Positions 51,554 to 64,000 of a stretch of DNA of 64,000 bases are shown here, piece after piece. The notes beneath the pieces were generated by a model that ran no database searches, had not been told where the DNA came from, and saw only the letters and a list, made by a program, of their open reading frames with translations. The translations under genes and the position numbers were made by a program. The first letter of the stretch is position 1, and every line of letters starts with the position of its first letter. The stretch comes from Octopus sinensis (taxonomy: Eukaryota): positions 49,848,001 through 49,912,000 of the forward strand of contig NC_042999.1 in assembly GCF_006345805.1 (NCBI RefSeq), in the 5' to 3' direction.

Positions 51554-52472
51554 ATTTCTGCACATTTTCTATGCATAAAATTTCATGCAGTATTGATCAA
51601 TCCAAAACTATGGGAGAAGACACTTGTACATAGTGTAATACACAAGGATCAAGCCCAAATTGCATAGTTGGAAAGAAAACTTCTTTAAGTGCATTGGTGC
51701 AAGGGTAGCACAGCTACCCTTGTACCAATGTATACAAAGATTTCAAGTCATATTCAGTTTTGCTGGGTTTTTTTATTTTTAATGAATTGACTGTAGTGCT
51801 GATTTACTCAACAACTACAAGAACCTAGCATTGTTAATAATAGTGACATGTAAAAATAGATAAGGCAGGAAACAAAATAACTTGTGCAGAAATAAATTAA
51901 AATTGGTAACAAATCGAAAACTAGATGTTTATGGTTGAGCTAAAATCCTATTTTGTAAAAAAAAGCAAATTAGTTAATTATATCAGAGAGTGATACACTA
52001 TGCAACTATATAAACATTCTCAAAAATCTTAAAAGATTTTATTCGATTTACTTTCTAACATTGCAATGAAAGAAAAAGAAAGATTTTGATTGAAATAAGA
52101 AAAACTTTTATTAGAATAATATTTCTTAAAAAAATGAAAAAAATATTCTAAAGTATCGCTGGTGTTTACATACTCCTTAGTATTGGAACTTTAAGCAGTC
52201 ACAGAGAGGAAGGAATCAAGATTTTTACAGACAAAATATTAAAGAAATTATTCAATGTACAATGGGCTTAACTGCAAGAGTTTAAGTCAAACAAACTTCA
52301 GCACTTGAGCAAGGACTCATAAGATCTATTTTCTTTTTATTTTTCCATTTTTTGCAAGACAAGTGGTACTTAATCTGACAGACAAGAGAAAGCAAAATAC
52401 TATGTATATATATATATATATATATTAATGAATACATATATACATAAATGAAAATATATACATGTATAGTAA

Positions 52473-52512
<40 letters not shown>

Positions 52513-53137
52513 TGAACATATATATATATATACACATACACCTAAATTACTTTAAGGAGACTAAAGAAATTAATTCTCATGTTTGCATAACTTCCTCCTG
52601 AAGAGTAATTGCAAGAAGAATTAATTGAAAAATAAAAATGCCTCGTAACTCATATAATTTTAGCAATCCCATTTGTTATTGTTGTTACATTTGGCTTTTT
52701 TTTTTTTTTTTTTTGCAATAAGCATGAAATAATTAGAAGTTACAGCCGAAACTTCCATGAGGGACTTCAGGCTTCTTGCTCAAGTTATTTGCAATTTGAA
52801 TACTAAAGCAAATGAAAAAAAACAAAATTTCTAAGATTATTGGAAAAGTCAGTTGGCTTTTTTGTTCATTCACTTCTATTTTATTACACACATATACACA
52901 CATATATTTTATTACACACATATACTTTCATGTACATATGCATATAAGTGCACATACACACATGCATACACATGCTCCTATCCTTCAAATACTTTGTTGA
53001 AAAAACAGCTTAGACACAACATTTGTCACTAGCTTCAACAGTTATTTTCTTTTTAGGGAGGCTGCAAATAAACACACACACACACACATACACATTTATC
53101 TAATTCATCAGTCTATATACATCAATAACGATAAACA

Positions 53138-53434
53138 TCGCCCTTTTCAAGCCTAGCCAGGTTCATGGGCCTGGTTTCTCGGTTTCTGTGGCATAGGTGT
53201 CCCCCCCCCCCCAGCTGGACAGGATGCCAATCCATCGCAGCATTACTCAAGAAACAGGAGAGAAAGTTGTGGTGAAAGAGTACAACAGGGGTCGCCACCA
53301 CCCCCTGCCGGAGCCTCATGTAGCTTTTAAGTGTTTTTGCTCAATAAACACACACAATGCCTGATCTGGGAATCGAAACCGCGATCCTCCAACCGCAAGT
53401 CTGCTGCCCTAACTACTGGGCCATTGTGCCTCCA
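53138..53434 (-). mobile_element. Family C SINE, second subfamily
   Basis: Homologous to 17088-17392. Confidence 0.8.
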
Positions 53435-53637
53435 CATATACATCAATACTAGTATTTATATATGCACAAGAATGCCCAGTACACTCTGTAAAGTGGCTGG
53501 TGTTAGGAAGGGCATCCAGCCATAGAATCTATGCCATAATAAACAACTGGATCCAGGCAGCTCTCCAGCCAGCTAGTTCCTGTCAAAGCATTCAACCCTC
53601 GCCAGCATAGAGAATGGATATTAAATGATAATGGTGG

Positions 53638-53687
<50 letters not shown>

Positions 53688-54204
53688 TGTATATAGTGAA
53701 AATTTGAAGCTTCTTGCCCATTTCTGGCTGTTTAGGCATACATTTTGAAACTTGGGATTCAATATAAAAAAATATTCTACTTTATGTATTAAGTATTTCA
53801 CTCCTATTTGTAAAGGCAGATATTTACTAATACATTTATAAATTTATATATTAGGTACACACACACACATATATGTGTGTGTATATATATATAAATGGAA
53901 TTTAATGCAGGTATAATTCAAATATTTTTACTTCCAACACTTTGAATTATACTTGCGTTAAACTCCATTTGTTTATTTATACAAAAAATTCCACATAAAC
54001 CCGAAGTTTCTACCTTTAAAAACAAGGAGTTACAACTTCTTTACTTGTGTGATCTTTTGCTACCCTGGTAACTATTTATCTATTTTTTTCCCATGTTAAT
54101 TGTTAACAAAAGAAAAATACACACATATATATATATATATGTATATATATATATTCACTGCACTGTAAGAAGTTTGCTTGCACATGGCTTCAGGTTTGCT
54201 CCCT

Positions 54205-54500
54205 CCATCACCACCATCTTCTTGCATCTACCCCTTCCACAGGTTCTCTCCACGATTAGAGATCAGCACTTCTTTATGCAGTTGTCCTCACCCATATGAC
54301 CATACCATGGCCATACCAGTGCAGTCTTCTCTCTGGCACACTACAACTGATGCCTCTTAATCTAAATTTTTCTCTTAAATCATTTACACTCTATAATATA
54401 TATATACATACTGACATTACCCATCCAGCAGAGCAGGCTGCCTTCATTTCTTTCAAGCATTCACATATTCTCTATAGTCATATCCCATGTTTCACAAACT
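54205..54500 (-). mobile_element. Decayed RTE-clade LINE 3' ORF fragment
   Basis: Minus-strand remnants ETWDMT...LERNEGSLLCWMGNVS...LREKFRLRGISCSVPERRLHWYGH...GRGR. Confidence 0.7.
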
Positions 54501-54830
54501 TTGAAATAAAGTAAGCAATTAGTCACACACACACATACACACACACACAAACACACATGTATATGGTTCGTTTGTATTGCATTTGATATATAAAAAAAAG
54601 GGGGAAGTGAAATCGTTTAAAACTGTTGGTAAAAAACTGCTTGACAACAGACATGAAATATTTGGTAGAAAAATATGGAACAAAGAGAACGTTTGTTACA
54701 AGATTCTTTGCAGTAAATTTAAAGAATTCTCCAAAATAATTTTGTAAACCTAAATTAAAGCGAAATATCTAAATATTTTCAGAATCATGTAGTAAAAAAA
54801 GAAATTAATTTTCAAAAAGTAAAATGAAAT

Positions 54831-54994
54831 AGGCATAGGAGTGGCTGTGTGGTAAGTAGCTTGCATACCAACCACATCGTTCTGGGTTCAGTCTCACTGC
54901 ATGGCAACTTGGGCAAGTATCTTCTAATATAGCCTCAGGCTGACCAAAGCCTTGTGAGTGGATTTGGTAGACGGAAACTGAAAGAAGCCCATCG

Positions 54995-55074
<80 letters not shown>

Positions 55075-55176
55075 AGTCTATGTTTGTACACCCCCCCCCA
55101 ACATTGCTTGACAACCGATGCTGGTGTGTTTACATCCCTGTAACTTAGCGGTTCGGCAATGAGTAAAAGAGTAAAG
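54831..55176 (+). mobile_element. Family A SINE with a deleted 3' region, next to an exon donor
   Basis: Head at 54831; GTAACTTAGCGGTTCGGCAA is joined directly to the GAGTAAAAGAGTAAAG tail. Confidence 0.8.
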
Positions 55177-55207
55177 AACGGAAAGAACCTGAGCAAAGGT
55201 ACAATAC

Positions 55208-55327
55208 CTGAGTGAAGTAGTAGTCAAATGCTGGTGGATCCTCTTTCAGTAAACGGTATGCATCAACAGGTACAAAAGTGATCCGAAAAAGACATCTAAA
55301 GTGACGTGACCCTGGTCGGGCTGCAAC
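55208..55327 (-). CDS. FRMPD4: FRMPD4/FRMPD1-like FERM-PDZ protein, first exon in window (120 nt, phase 0-0): VAARPGSRHFRCLFRITFVPVDAYRLLKEDPPAFDYYFTQ
   Basis: Acceptor ttttttttgcag|GTT and donor CAG|gtattg. The peptide resembles the FRMPD4 FERM segment [30 protein letters not shown] (recalled). Exact orthology within FRMPD1/3/4 is not resolvable here. Confidence 0.88.
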
Positions 55328-55419
55328 CTGCAAAAAAAAACAAAACCAGTAAGAAATTTCAAAAACGCTATTAGACAAAATACATCATCATTACCACCAC
55401 CATCACAATCTGTTGCTCT

Positions 55420-55826
55420 ATTACTCACGAGGGGATAAATATAGAGGAGACAAACAAGGACAGACAAACGGATTAAGTCGATTACATCAACCCCCAGTGC
55501 GTAACTGGTACTTAATTTATCGACCCCGAAAGGATGAAAGGCAAAGTCAACCTCGGCGGAATTTGAACTCAGAATGTAACGGCTGACGAAATACCTATAT
55601 CTTTACTATCCACAAGGGGCTAAACACAGAGGGGACAAACAAAGACAGACAAACGGATTAAGTCGATTACATCGACTCCAGTGTGTAACTGGTACTTAAT
55701 TTATCGATCCCGAAATGATGAAAGGCGAAGTCGACCTCGGCAGAATTTGAACTCAGAGCATAACAGCAGACAAAATACGGCTACGCATTTTGCCCAGAGT
55801 GCTAACGATTCTGCCAACTCGCCACC
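55420..55826 (-). mobile_element. Family D SINE with a tandem-duplicated body (dimer)
   Basis: Two ~185-bp copies of GAGTTCAAATTC...GATAAATTAAGTACCAGTTAC...TTAATCCGTTTGTCTGTC behind one head. Confidence 0.75.
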
Positions 55827-56517
55827 TTTTAATATTCATTTTTTTTTCATGCTGAAATGAGTTATATATGCTCTTCTTAAAGCCAACCACTTTTACAGAG
55901 TATACTGGGTACCTTTCCTTGGCTTTCCTGCCTTGCAGTTTCAGGTACTGTCTTACTGTGTGATACCTTATGCAAGAGTCTTTTACTATAGCCCCAGGTT
56001 CACCAAAGCTTTTTTGAGTAAATTTGGTGAACAGAGGCTGAAAGAAGCTCATCACAGACACATGCACACGCACACACACACATGTATATTTGTGTGCATG
56101 GGTGTGCCTCCTTGTCTGGAAATAACGTGGTTCTTAACAAACATCACAATCATACGAGTGATGGTGTTTGTGTCCAGATTTCCATGAAAAGCTTGTCTGG
56201 ACATGGGGAAATATTACCTTGCATGAAAATAGAAGGTAGATAACAGGAAGGTCATGTGAACAATGAATTCCATCAGACCCAAGCAAGCATGGAAATGTGG
56301 ACATTAAAATTATGATGATTATAGTGTAATAATAATAATAATAATAGTAATAATAGCAAAAAAAAGAAGAGTGCCATTGTTATCAAGTGAGCAATACTTC
56401 AGTATCTAGTGTGCCTTGCACAGATTCAAGAAATAAACTTGTCAATCTACTTTTTTTTTCTTTCTTCTGTATACCTGCTGGAGGAGTTACCTCAATTCTA
56501 TAAAATATTACTAATAT

Positions 56518-56548
<31 letters not shown>

Positions 56549-56583
56549 GCTACTAATAATAATAATATATAATAATAATATTA

Positions 56584-56627
<44 letters not shown>

Positions 56628-57912
56628 CAGGCTGCAATGGGTAAATTGTTGCCATTTTATACTTTTAATTTTGCACATGTGCATTGCTTGTTTTTGATTT
56701 TGTTGAATATACAGTATTGTAGGGTCAGTTGGGCAGTGTCTGTGAGAAAAACAGCACCATGATGCAATTCACTCTGCCAGATATTTGGAAACGACATGCT
56801 GTGCTGCTTGGTATTCACACTGGAAGCTCCAATACGAACAATTCGCAGTGTTTGGGAGTCAATCTGAGGACAGTGCAACGGATTTCAGAAAGAGTTGGAT
56901 GAGACAAATGGTGATTAAGAAGGCATGACAGCTTAGAAAAAACTCATTCTGAGAAGAAAAGAATTCTTGGATTTGTTGGTGAGATCTAGGCCATGATTGG
57001 CAACAATCCCTCCAAGTCAATCAGGTCCACTTCCAGGGACATGGGTTTCTTATCAGGCAGGTAGTGCATGAAGACATTTGGTATTCCTTGTACAAGATGA
57101 GAAAGGGCCAATTTTTATCCCAAGCCATCAAGGACAAGAGGAAAGACTGCACTATGAAGCTTTTGAACTAACTCAAGTATTCCCCCCAATCAAACATGGT
57201 TTGGTTTTTCTCAGATGAGAAAAATTTCTGCTAGGATCAGATGGTGAACACACAAAATAACTGTTAGCTTGCCGTGTCCCCAAAACATGTACTGAGAGTA
57301 ATAAAAATGAAAGATCTAGTCAACATCATGCTATTTGGAGTGATCACTAGTGATGGCAACGTTATACCTCCATTCATCTTCCCACATGGCTTCAGACTCA
57401 ACACAGAGGCCTACATCAAGTGCCTGGAGAGGTAGTGTTACCCTGGGTCAAGAGGGTGACTGCTGGAAAACCCTATGTCTGGCAACAGGACTTTGCACCA
57501 TTCCACACAAGCAAGAGAACCAAGTCATGGCTGTCAGACAATATCTGCAACCACATGACCCCTAATATATGGCCACCTGACTCCCCAGACTGCAACCTCA
57601 TTGATATCTATGTGTGGGGTGCAGTTGCGCAAGAGACCAGCAAAACTCCTTGTAACACCAAAGATGAACTGAAGGCAAGGATTATGGCTGCATTCACCAA
57701 TGTAAATAAGGAGACTATCCAGAAGAGTAGTAGGAGATTCCAAAGCTGTCTGGAAGCCATAGTTGAAGCCAATGGCGATTTTATTGAATAAATTTACTCT
57801 TTAGTATTTCAAGATACTTTTATGTAATTTTCATAAACATATGTTAAAATGAGATGTCAGTGTTATTTTCATTTTTGCATAATTTAGACAACAGTTCATT
57901 CACTGCACCCTG
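56628..57912 (+). mobile_element. Near full-length decayed Tc1/mariner element of the maT (DD37D) type
   Basis: TA-CAGGCTGCAATGGGTAAATTGTTGCC ... GACAACAGTTCATTCACTGCACCCTG TIRs. FSDEKNF lies at about 57208, and QQD-(37 aa)-D falls in ORF 57420-57791 (WPPDSPDCNLID). Multiple stops and frameshifts. Confidence 0.88.
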
Positions 57913-59199
57913 TGTATATGTATGTATATATATATATATTTATATGTGTGTGTGTGTATGTATATATTTGTATGTCTATGTATGTATATATGTATGTGTT
58001 TGTGTGTATTATTTTTATATGGAAAGCAAAGCTAAGTGTTGAAATACATTATGCCAAGTGGGGCATAATTGGGAGAAATGATTGAGAATCACAGCTGTAT
58101 ATGGTCATTAGGCCTGCTAAAAAAACTCTTTAAAAGAAATAAAAGATCATATATACATATGTCATAGTGTAATCTGAGAAGAACTGTCTGAAGAAGCAGG
58201 CTAGTCAGTGATGAAACGTTTTTGATTATAGGTCTGCTGACCAGGAAGTAAACAAGAATAGCAACAATAATGCTGCAGAAATGAATAATTAATGGCTTCC
58301 GTTCCAATATGGAATTTCGTAAATGTAAGACGTTTTATTAGGAATGTCTCATAAAGATGTAATGCTAAACGTTGATTCTTGGAATCTCTTTATTCAACAA
58401 AAACATGTAGGATTTTTCATACATATAATTCTAGCCTGATATCACTATTTTTATTTCAGTAAATATATAGCTTTTCAATTGTGTAACATGGAAATTTAAC
58501 TTATTTTCTTTTATTCACTTTCTAAAATCATAATTTTAACTGCAACAATTTTCATTCATTCTTTCTATCTTTTTGTTGTGCAAACAACAAAGAACAAGTT
58601 GTTTTCTAGAGAATACAATTTGTATTTTCATTTTGTAATGTAAATTTTACAGAAATCATTATATTATAAATGAAATATAGTGTTAAAGGCATGAAGTTTA
58701 TGATTAGCACTCATGGATCAAAGGAAAATATATAACACTTGTTATTTACTGCTTTCTTTAGAAGTTACAGATTATAAAAGAGCAGGTGTTTTAGCAAATA
58801 AAATTTCTAGTTTCTCTGTTTTCTAAGCAAGTGGGAAATATTCTTTCAACATTTCACTAGTCTCAGTTATTGAACCACTGTCACACCAGGTTCTTTGAAG
58901 GATTATTTTTTTGTCAATCACATCATCACCAGTACTTATTTCAGTGCATGCTTCTTTAGGTTATTTTTGTCCATAATTTCTCAAATGATTTCAGTAAAAA
59001 TGAAAAAAAGTATGTATGAGAAAATGTAGCACTTAAGATTTTGATAGACTAAAATTCATAACAGCAGGACCCACTAAAACCCATGAAGATGGGACCCACT
59101 GAACAATTCGATTGACTAAAACTCTTGAACATGGGACCCAGTATGGCCACAATCCAATAACTGAACCAAATGAAAGAATAACAAACTAAAAGGAGCTAA

Positions 59200-59594
59200 T
59201 CTCTATATATATAAAGCTGAAGTTGTCTGTGTGTGTGGCAGGTTTGGTAGCCTTCAACTAACACTATCTCTTCCGAGACCCTGCAGTGCAAGTTGACCAA
59301 AATTGAGAGTATAACAGAAGAAAGCTTGCTTTTCATTCTGTAGAAGATAAAATTCAAATCAGACCATGTTAAAACCAAAAATTATTTACATCAAAAAGGT
59401 GCTTTTTTTTCTATGAAAATCCCTATTTTTTACGATTTTTTGACTGCTGTGTCACCAATTTTTGGTGTATTTCAACCTGAAAAATGTTCACTTCAAGAGG
59501 AAAACAAGCTACATAATGCAAAATGTTTACTTTTCAAAAATTTCAATTCTAAAGGGTTGAAACAAACCTGAGCAAAGCTGGGCGATACTGCTAG
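59200..59594 (+). mobile_element. Non-autonomous Helitron-like element (family H2)
   Basis: A|TCTCTATATATATAAAG...CCTGAGCAAAGCTGGGCGATACTGCTAG|T; second copy of 21677-22062. Confidence 0.8.
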
Positions 59595-60491
59595 TATCTA
59601 ATAAGAACACATCAGATTATGTCAAGCTCTTCTTTGCATTATCAGGTTGATAAATGAACCCTTTGCAATGTCTTTGCCATGTGCTTACCATTGTGAGTGT
59701 CTTGGGACAATTCTCAGCAGATGAACTGTAGACTGTTGCCCATCCTTTGTTTCACTTCCTTACTTCACAGCTAACACAATTTCTTCTGCAGAAGCTTGTC
59801 CAGTATAAAACCAAGCATATAAGTTCATTTGGAGGCAGTTAGTAAAGAGTGCCTAAAATTATGTTCTTGTTGTTTACCCCAGGATCAACCCTGGTTGAGT
59901 AAACCTATGAACAAACCCTGTTTCATTCACTACTTTCTTTAATATCTCTTTTTTTATTTTTCTTTAAAGACAGTAGCATGTGATTTGAAGATAATTTGGC
60001 TGCTGTTACTAGCAGATTTTGTTGCCATGTAGAGGCTCCTTCATTCATTCAGGTAAATTTTTTGTCAATATGTTCTCAGTAAACTTAGTTAGATTTAGAT
60101 TCAACTTTTAAAGGAGAGAATTTCATTTTATCAATTCACTAATTCAACTAGGCTTTGATTTCAAGATTGCCTTTCCTCCTCCCAGGGGTCAGTAAATAAA
60201 GGACCTATCTTTTATGACATTTGCTCTGGCACTTAGCATTCTGAGTTCAAATCCAGCTATAGCCTACTTAGGTGGCAGACTTAATCTATCAAAGTTTTAT
60301 ATCACCACCTGGTAAGTTTAGCAGCATCTGTTCCATTGAAATCATTTTGACCACTTCTCTTGTTGGAGAATCCTTGCCTCTCCCTTTCTCTCACAAGCCC
60401 CAGCAGTCTTGAAACATGTGATGGGCACTATTCCCCCTTTCTGCTTGACTGGCAAGAAAAGCAAACAATCATGAAATGACCCCCCAATCAT

Positions 60492-60678
60492 AGGCACAAG
60501 CATGGCTGTATGGTAAGAAGCTTGCTTCCCAACCATATGGTTCCGGGTTCAGTCCTATTGCATGACACCTTGAACAAGTGACTCCCACTAAAGCCATGGG
60601 TTGACCAAAGCCTTGTGAGTGGATTTGGCAGACGGAAACTGAAAGAAACCCATTGTGTGTGGGGTGGGTGGGGGTATG

Positions 60679-60714
<36 letters not shown>

Positions 60715-60945
60715 CGTATGTATCTATGTGTGTGTCTTTATGTCTGTGCTTGTCCCCCCATCACTGCCTGACAACTGGTGTTGTGTGTTTACATCCCTGT
60801 AACTTAGCAGTTTGGCAAAAGAATCCAGTAGAATAAATACTAGGCTTAAAATATAAGTCCTAGGGTCAATTTATTCAACTAAATCCCTTCAAGATGGTAC
60901 TCCAGCATGGCCATAGTCCAATGACTGAAACAAGTAAAAGAATAA
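60492..60945 (+). mobile_element. Family A SINE (older, diverged)
   Basis: Head and tail recognisable. Confidence 0.75.
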
Positions 60946-61185
60946 ATGAAGTACTAAGTTGTTAGTTTCCCATTTGTTCTCATTAGTTTCCAAAATCTAT
61001 AATCATGAAGGGGAATACTTTCTTATGTTAGCATATCAAGTTTAATATGAGGATTTCATTCTATAATTATCTGCGTTCTGCTAATAAAGTAGTTAACAAA
61101 TAAACAACCTTTTGTTCAGATTGAATTGCAATTTAATACTAGGAGGCAAGTCTTAATAATATTCAATGTGATCCTATTTCATAAT

Positions 61186-61221
61186 ATGTATATATATATA
61201 TGTATATATATGTATATATGT

Positions 61222-61262
<41 letters not shown>

Positions 61263-61324
61263 GTGCTCACCCCGAATTTCTATATATTATACATATATAC
61301 ATATATATACATATATATATTATG

Positions 61325-61355
<31 letters not shown>

Positions 61356-61912
61356 GTATATATATATATATGTATATGTTATATGTATATATATATATGT
61401 ATATATATATATGTATATATATATATGTTATATATTATGTATTTATATATATGTATATATATATGTATATATATATGTATATATATATGTATATATATAT
61501 GTATATATATATGTAATATATATTATATATATATGTATATATATATGTATATATATATGTATATATATATGTAGATATATATGTATATATATATGTATAT
61601 ATATATGTATATATATATTGTTATATATATGTATATATATGTATTATATATATGTATTATATATGTATATATATATATGTATATATATATATGTATATAT
61701 ATATGTATATATATATAGTATATATAATATAGGTATATATATATATATACAAATATACATATATATACATATACATATATATACATATATACATATATAC
61801 ATATATATATACATATATATACTTATATATATATACATATAATAGAAACTATACATATATATATATATACATATATACATATATATATTCATATATACAT
61901 AATACATATAAC

Positions 61913-61948
<36 letters not shown>

Positions 61949-62100
61949 TATGTATATATATATGTATATATATATATATTATATATATGTATATATATAT
62001 GTATATATATGTATATATATATGTATATATATATATATATGTATATATGTATATATATATGTATATAATATGTATATATAATTATATTATGTTATATGTA

Positions 62101-62138
<38 letters not shown>

Positions 62139-62666
62139 TATATATATGTATATATATAATATATATGTATATATGTATATAGTGATATGTATATATATAT
62201 TATATAATATATATGTATATATATGTATATATGTATATATATAATATAATATGTATATATATGTATTATATATATATATATGTATATATATGTATATATG
62301 TATATTATATATATATATGTATATAATGATATATCTATGTATATATATATATATATGTATATATATGTATATATATATATATATATGTATATATATGTAT
62401 ATATATATATGTATATATGTGTATATACGTATATATATGTATATATATAATATATATGTATATATATGTATATATATATATATGTATATAATGTAATATA
62501 TGTATATATATGTTATATATATATATATGTATATATATGTATATATATGTATATATATATTATGTATATATATGTATATATATATATATATGTATATATA
62601 TGTATATATATGTATATATGTATATATGTATATATATGTATATATATATATATATGGTATATAATG

Positions 62667-62697
<31 letters not shown>

Positions 62698-63199
62698 GTA
62701 TATATATATGTATATATATATGTATGTATATATATATATGTATAATATATATATATATATATGTATGTATATATATATATGTATATATATATATGTATAT
62801 ATATATATATGATATATATATATATGTATATATATATAATGTATATGTTATTATATATGTATATATATATATGTGTATATATATATGTATATGTATATAT
62901 GTATATGTATATATATATATGTATATGTAGATATGTATATGTATATATATATGTATATATATATATGTTATATATATATGTATATATATATATGTATAAT
63001 ATATATGTATATTATATATGTATTATATATATATGTATATGTATATATATGTATATGTATATATATGTATATATATATATGTATATATATGTATATGTAT
63101 ATATATGTATATATATATGTTATATATGTATATGTATATATGTAATATATGTATATATATATGTATATATATGTATATATATATATGTATATATGTATA

Positions 63200-63244
<45 letters not shown>

Positions 63245-63382
63245 GTTATATATATCTATGTATATTATATATGTATATATATATATGTATATATATATAT
63301 GTATATATATTATGTATATATATATATGTATATATAATATGTATATATATATATGTATATATATATATGTATATAATGTATG

Positions 63383-63415
<33 letters not shown>

Positions 63416-63714
63416 TATGTATGTATATATATGTATATATATATATATGTATATATATATATGATAATATATATATGTATATTATATGTATATATATATA
63501 TGTATATATATATATGTATATATATATATGTATATATATATATGTATATATATATATGTATATATATATATATGTATATATATATATGTATATAATATAT
63601 GTATATATATATATGTATAATTATATGTATATATATATATATGTATATGTGTATATGTATATATGTATGTATATGTTATATATATATGTATATGTGTATA
63701 TGTATATATGTATG

Positions 63715-63747
<33 letters not shown>

Positions 63748-63786
63748 GTATATATATGTATGTATACATATGTATGTATGTATATG

Positions 63787-63873
<87 letters not shown>

Positions 63874-64000
63874 GTATATATATATGTATATATATATGTA
63901 TATATATATATGTATATATGTATATGTATATATGTATATGTATATATGTATATGTATATATGTATATGTATATATGTATATGTATATATGTATATATATA
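61186..64000. repeat. Large compound (TA)n/(TATG)n microsatellite array, at least 2.8 kb
   Basis: Seen directly; runs off the window end. Confidence 0.97.

Noticed and set aside
59683-59820. Possible alternative first exon ending ...CACAATG|gtaagc on the minus strand
   Set aside because: Only a donor-like motif; no FERM similarity or promoter evidence. Needs transcript data.
61200-63769. Many long Y/I/M/C/V-rich ORFs (also 514-1499, 2308-2636, 46063-46863)
   Set aside because: Translations of TA/TG/CA microsatellites, not genes.

Overview
AT-rich, microsatellite- and SINE-dense animal DNA. The repeat landscape resembles an octopus/coleoid cephalopod genome (inference). The window lies inside one large minus-strand gene for a FERM/PDZ scaffold of the FRMPD4/FRMPD1 family. 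Five coding exons (55208-55327, 39752-39888, 33487-33706, 19529-19612, 6657-6761) splice in frame with GT-AG junctions to give 222 aa of the FERM domain; no further exons were found, so both gene ends are probably outside the window. The introns hold several tRNA-derived SINE families, non-autonomous Helitrons, mariner/Tc1/maT remnants and MITEs, RTE and R4-like LINE fragments, a 5S rRNA copy, a 100-N gap and a 2.8-kb TA array. Most interesting: (1) short inserts in (TA)n tracts carrying hammerhead ribozyme motifs, two with intact catalytic cores (3687-3725, 51142-51214) and several degenerate, all antisense to the host gene; (2) a decayed tandem copy of the third exon in the window, with mostly synonymous divergence; (3) a 5S rRNA variant with compensatory changes abutting a V-domain SINE; (4) a perfect 272-bp palindrome and other dsRNA-forming inverted repeats. 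All calls were made by eye, and most of the ORF track is repeat-derived noise.
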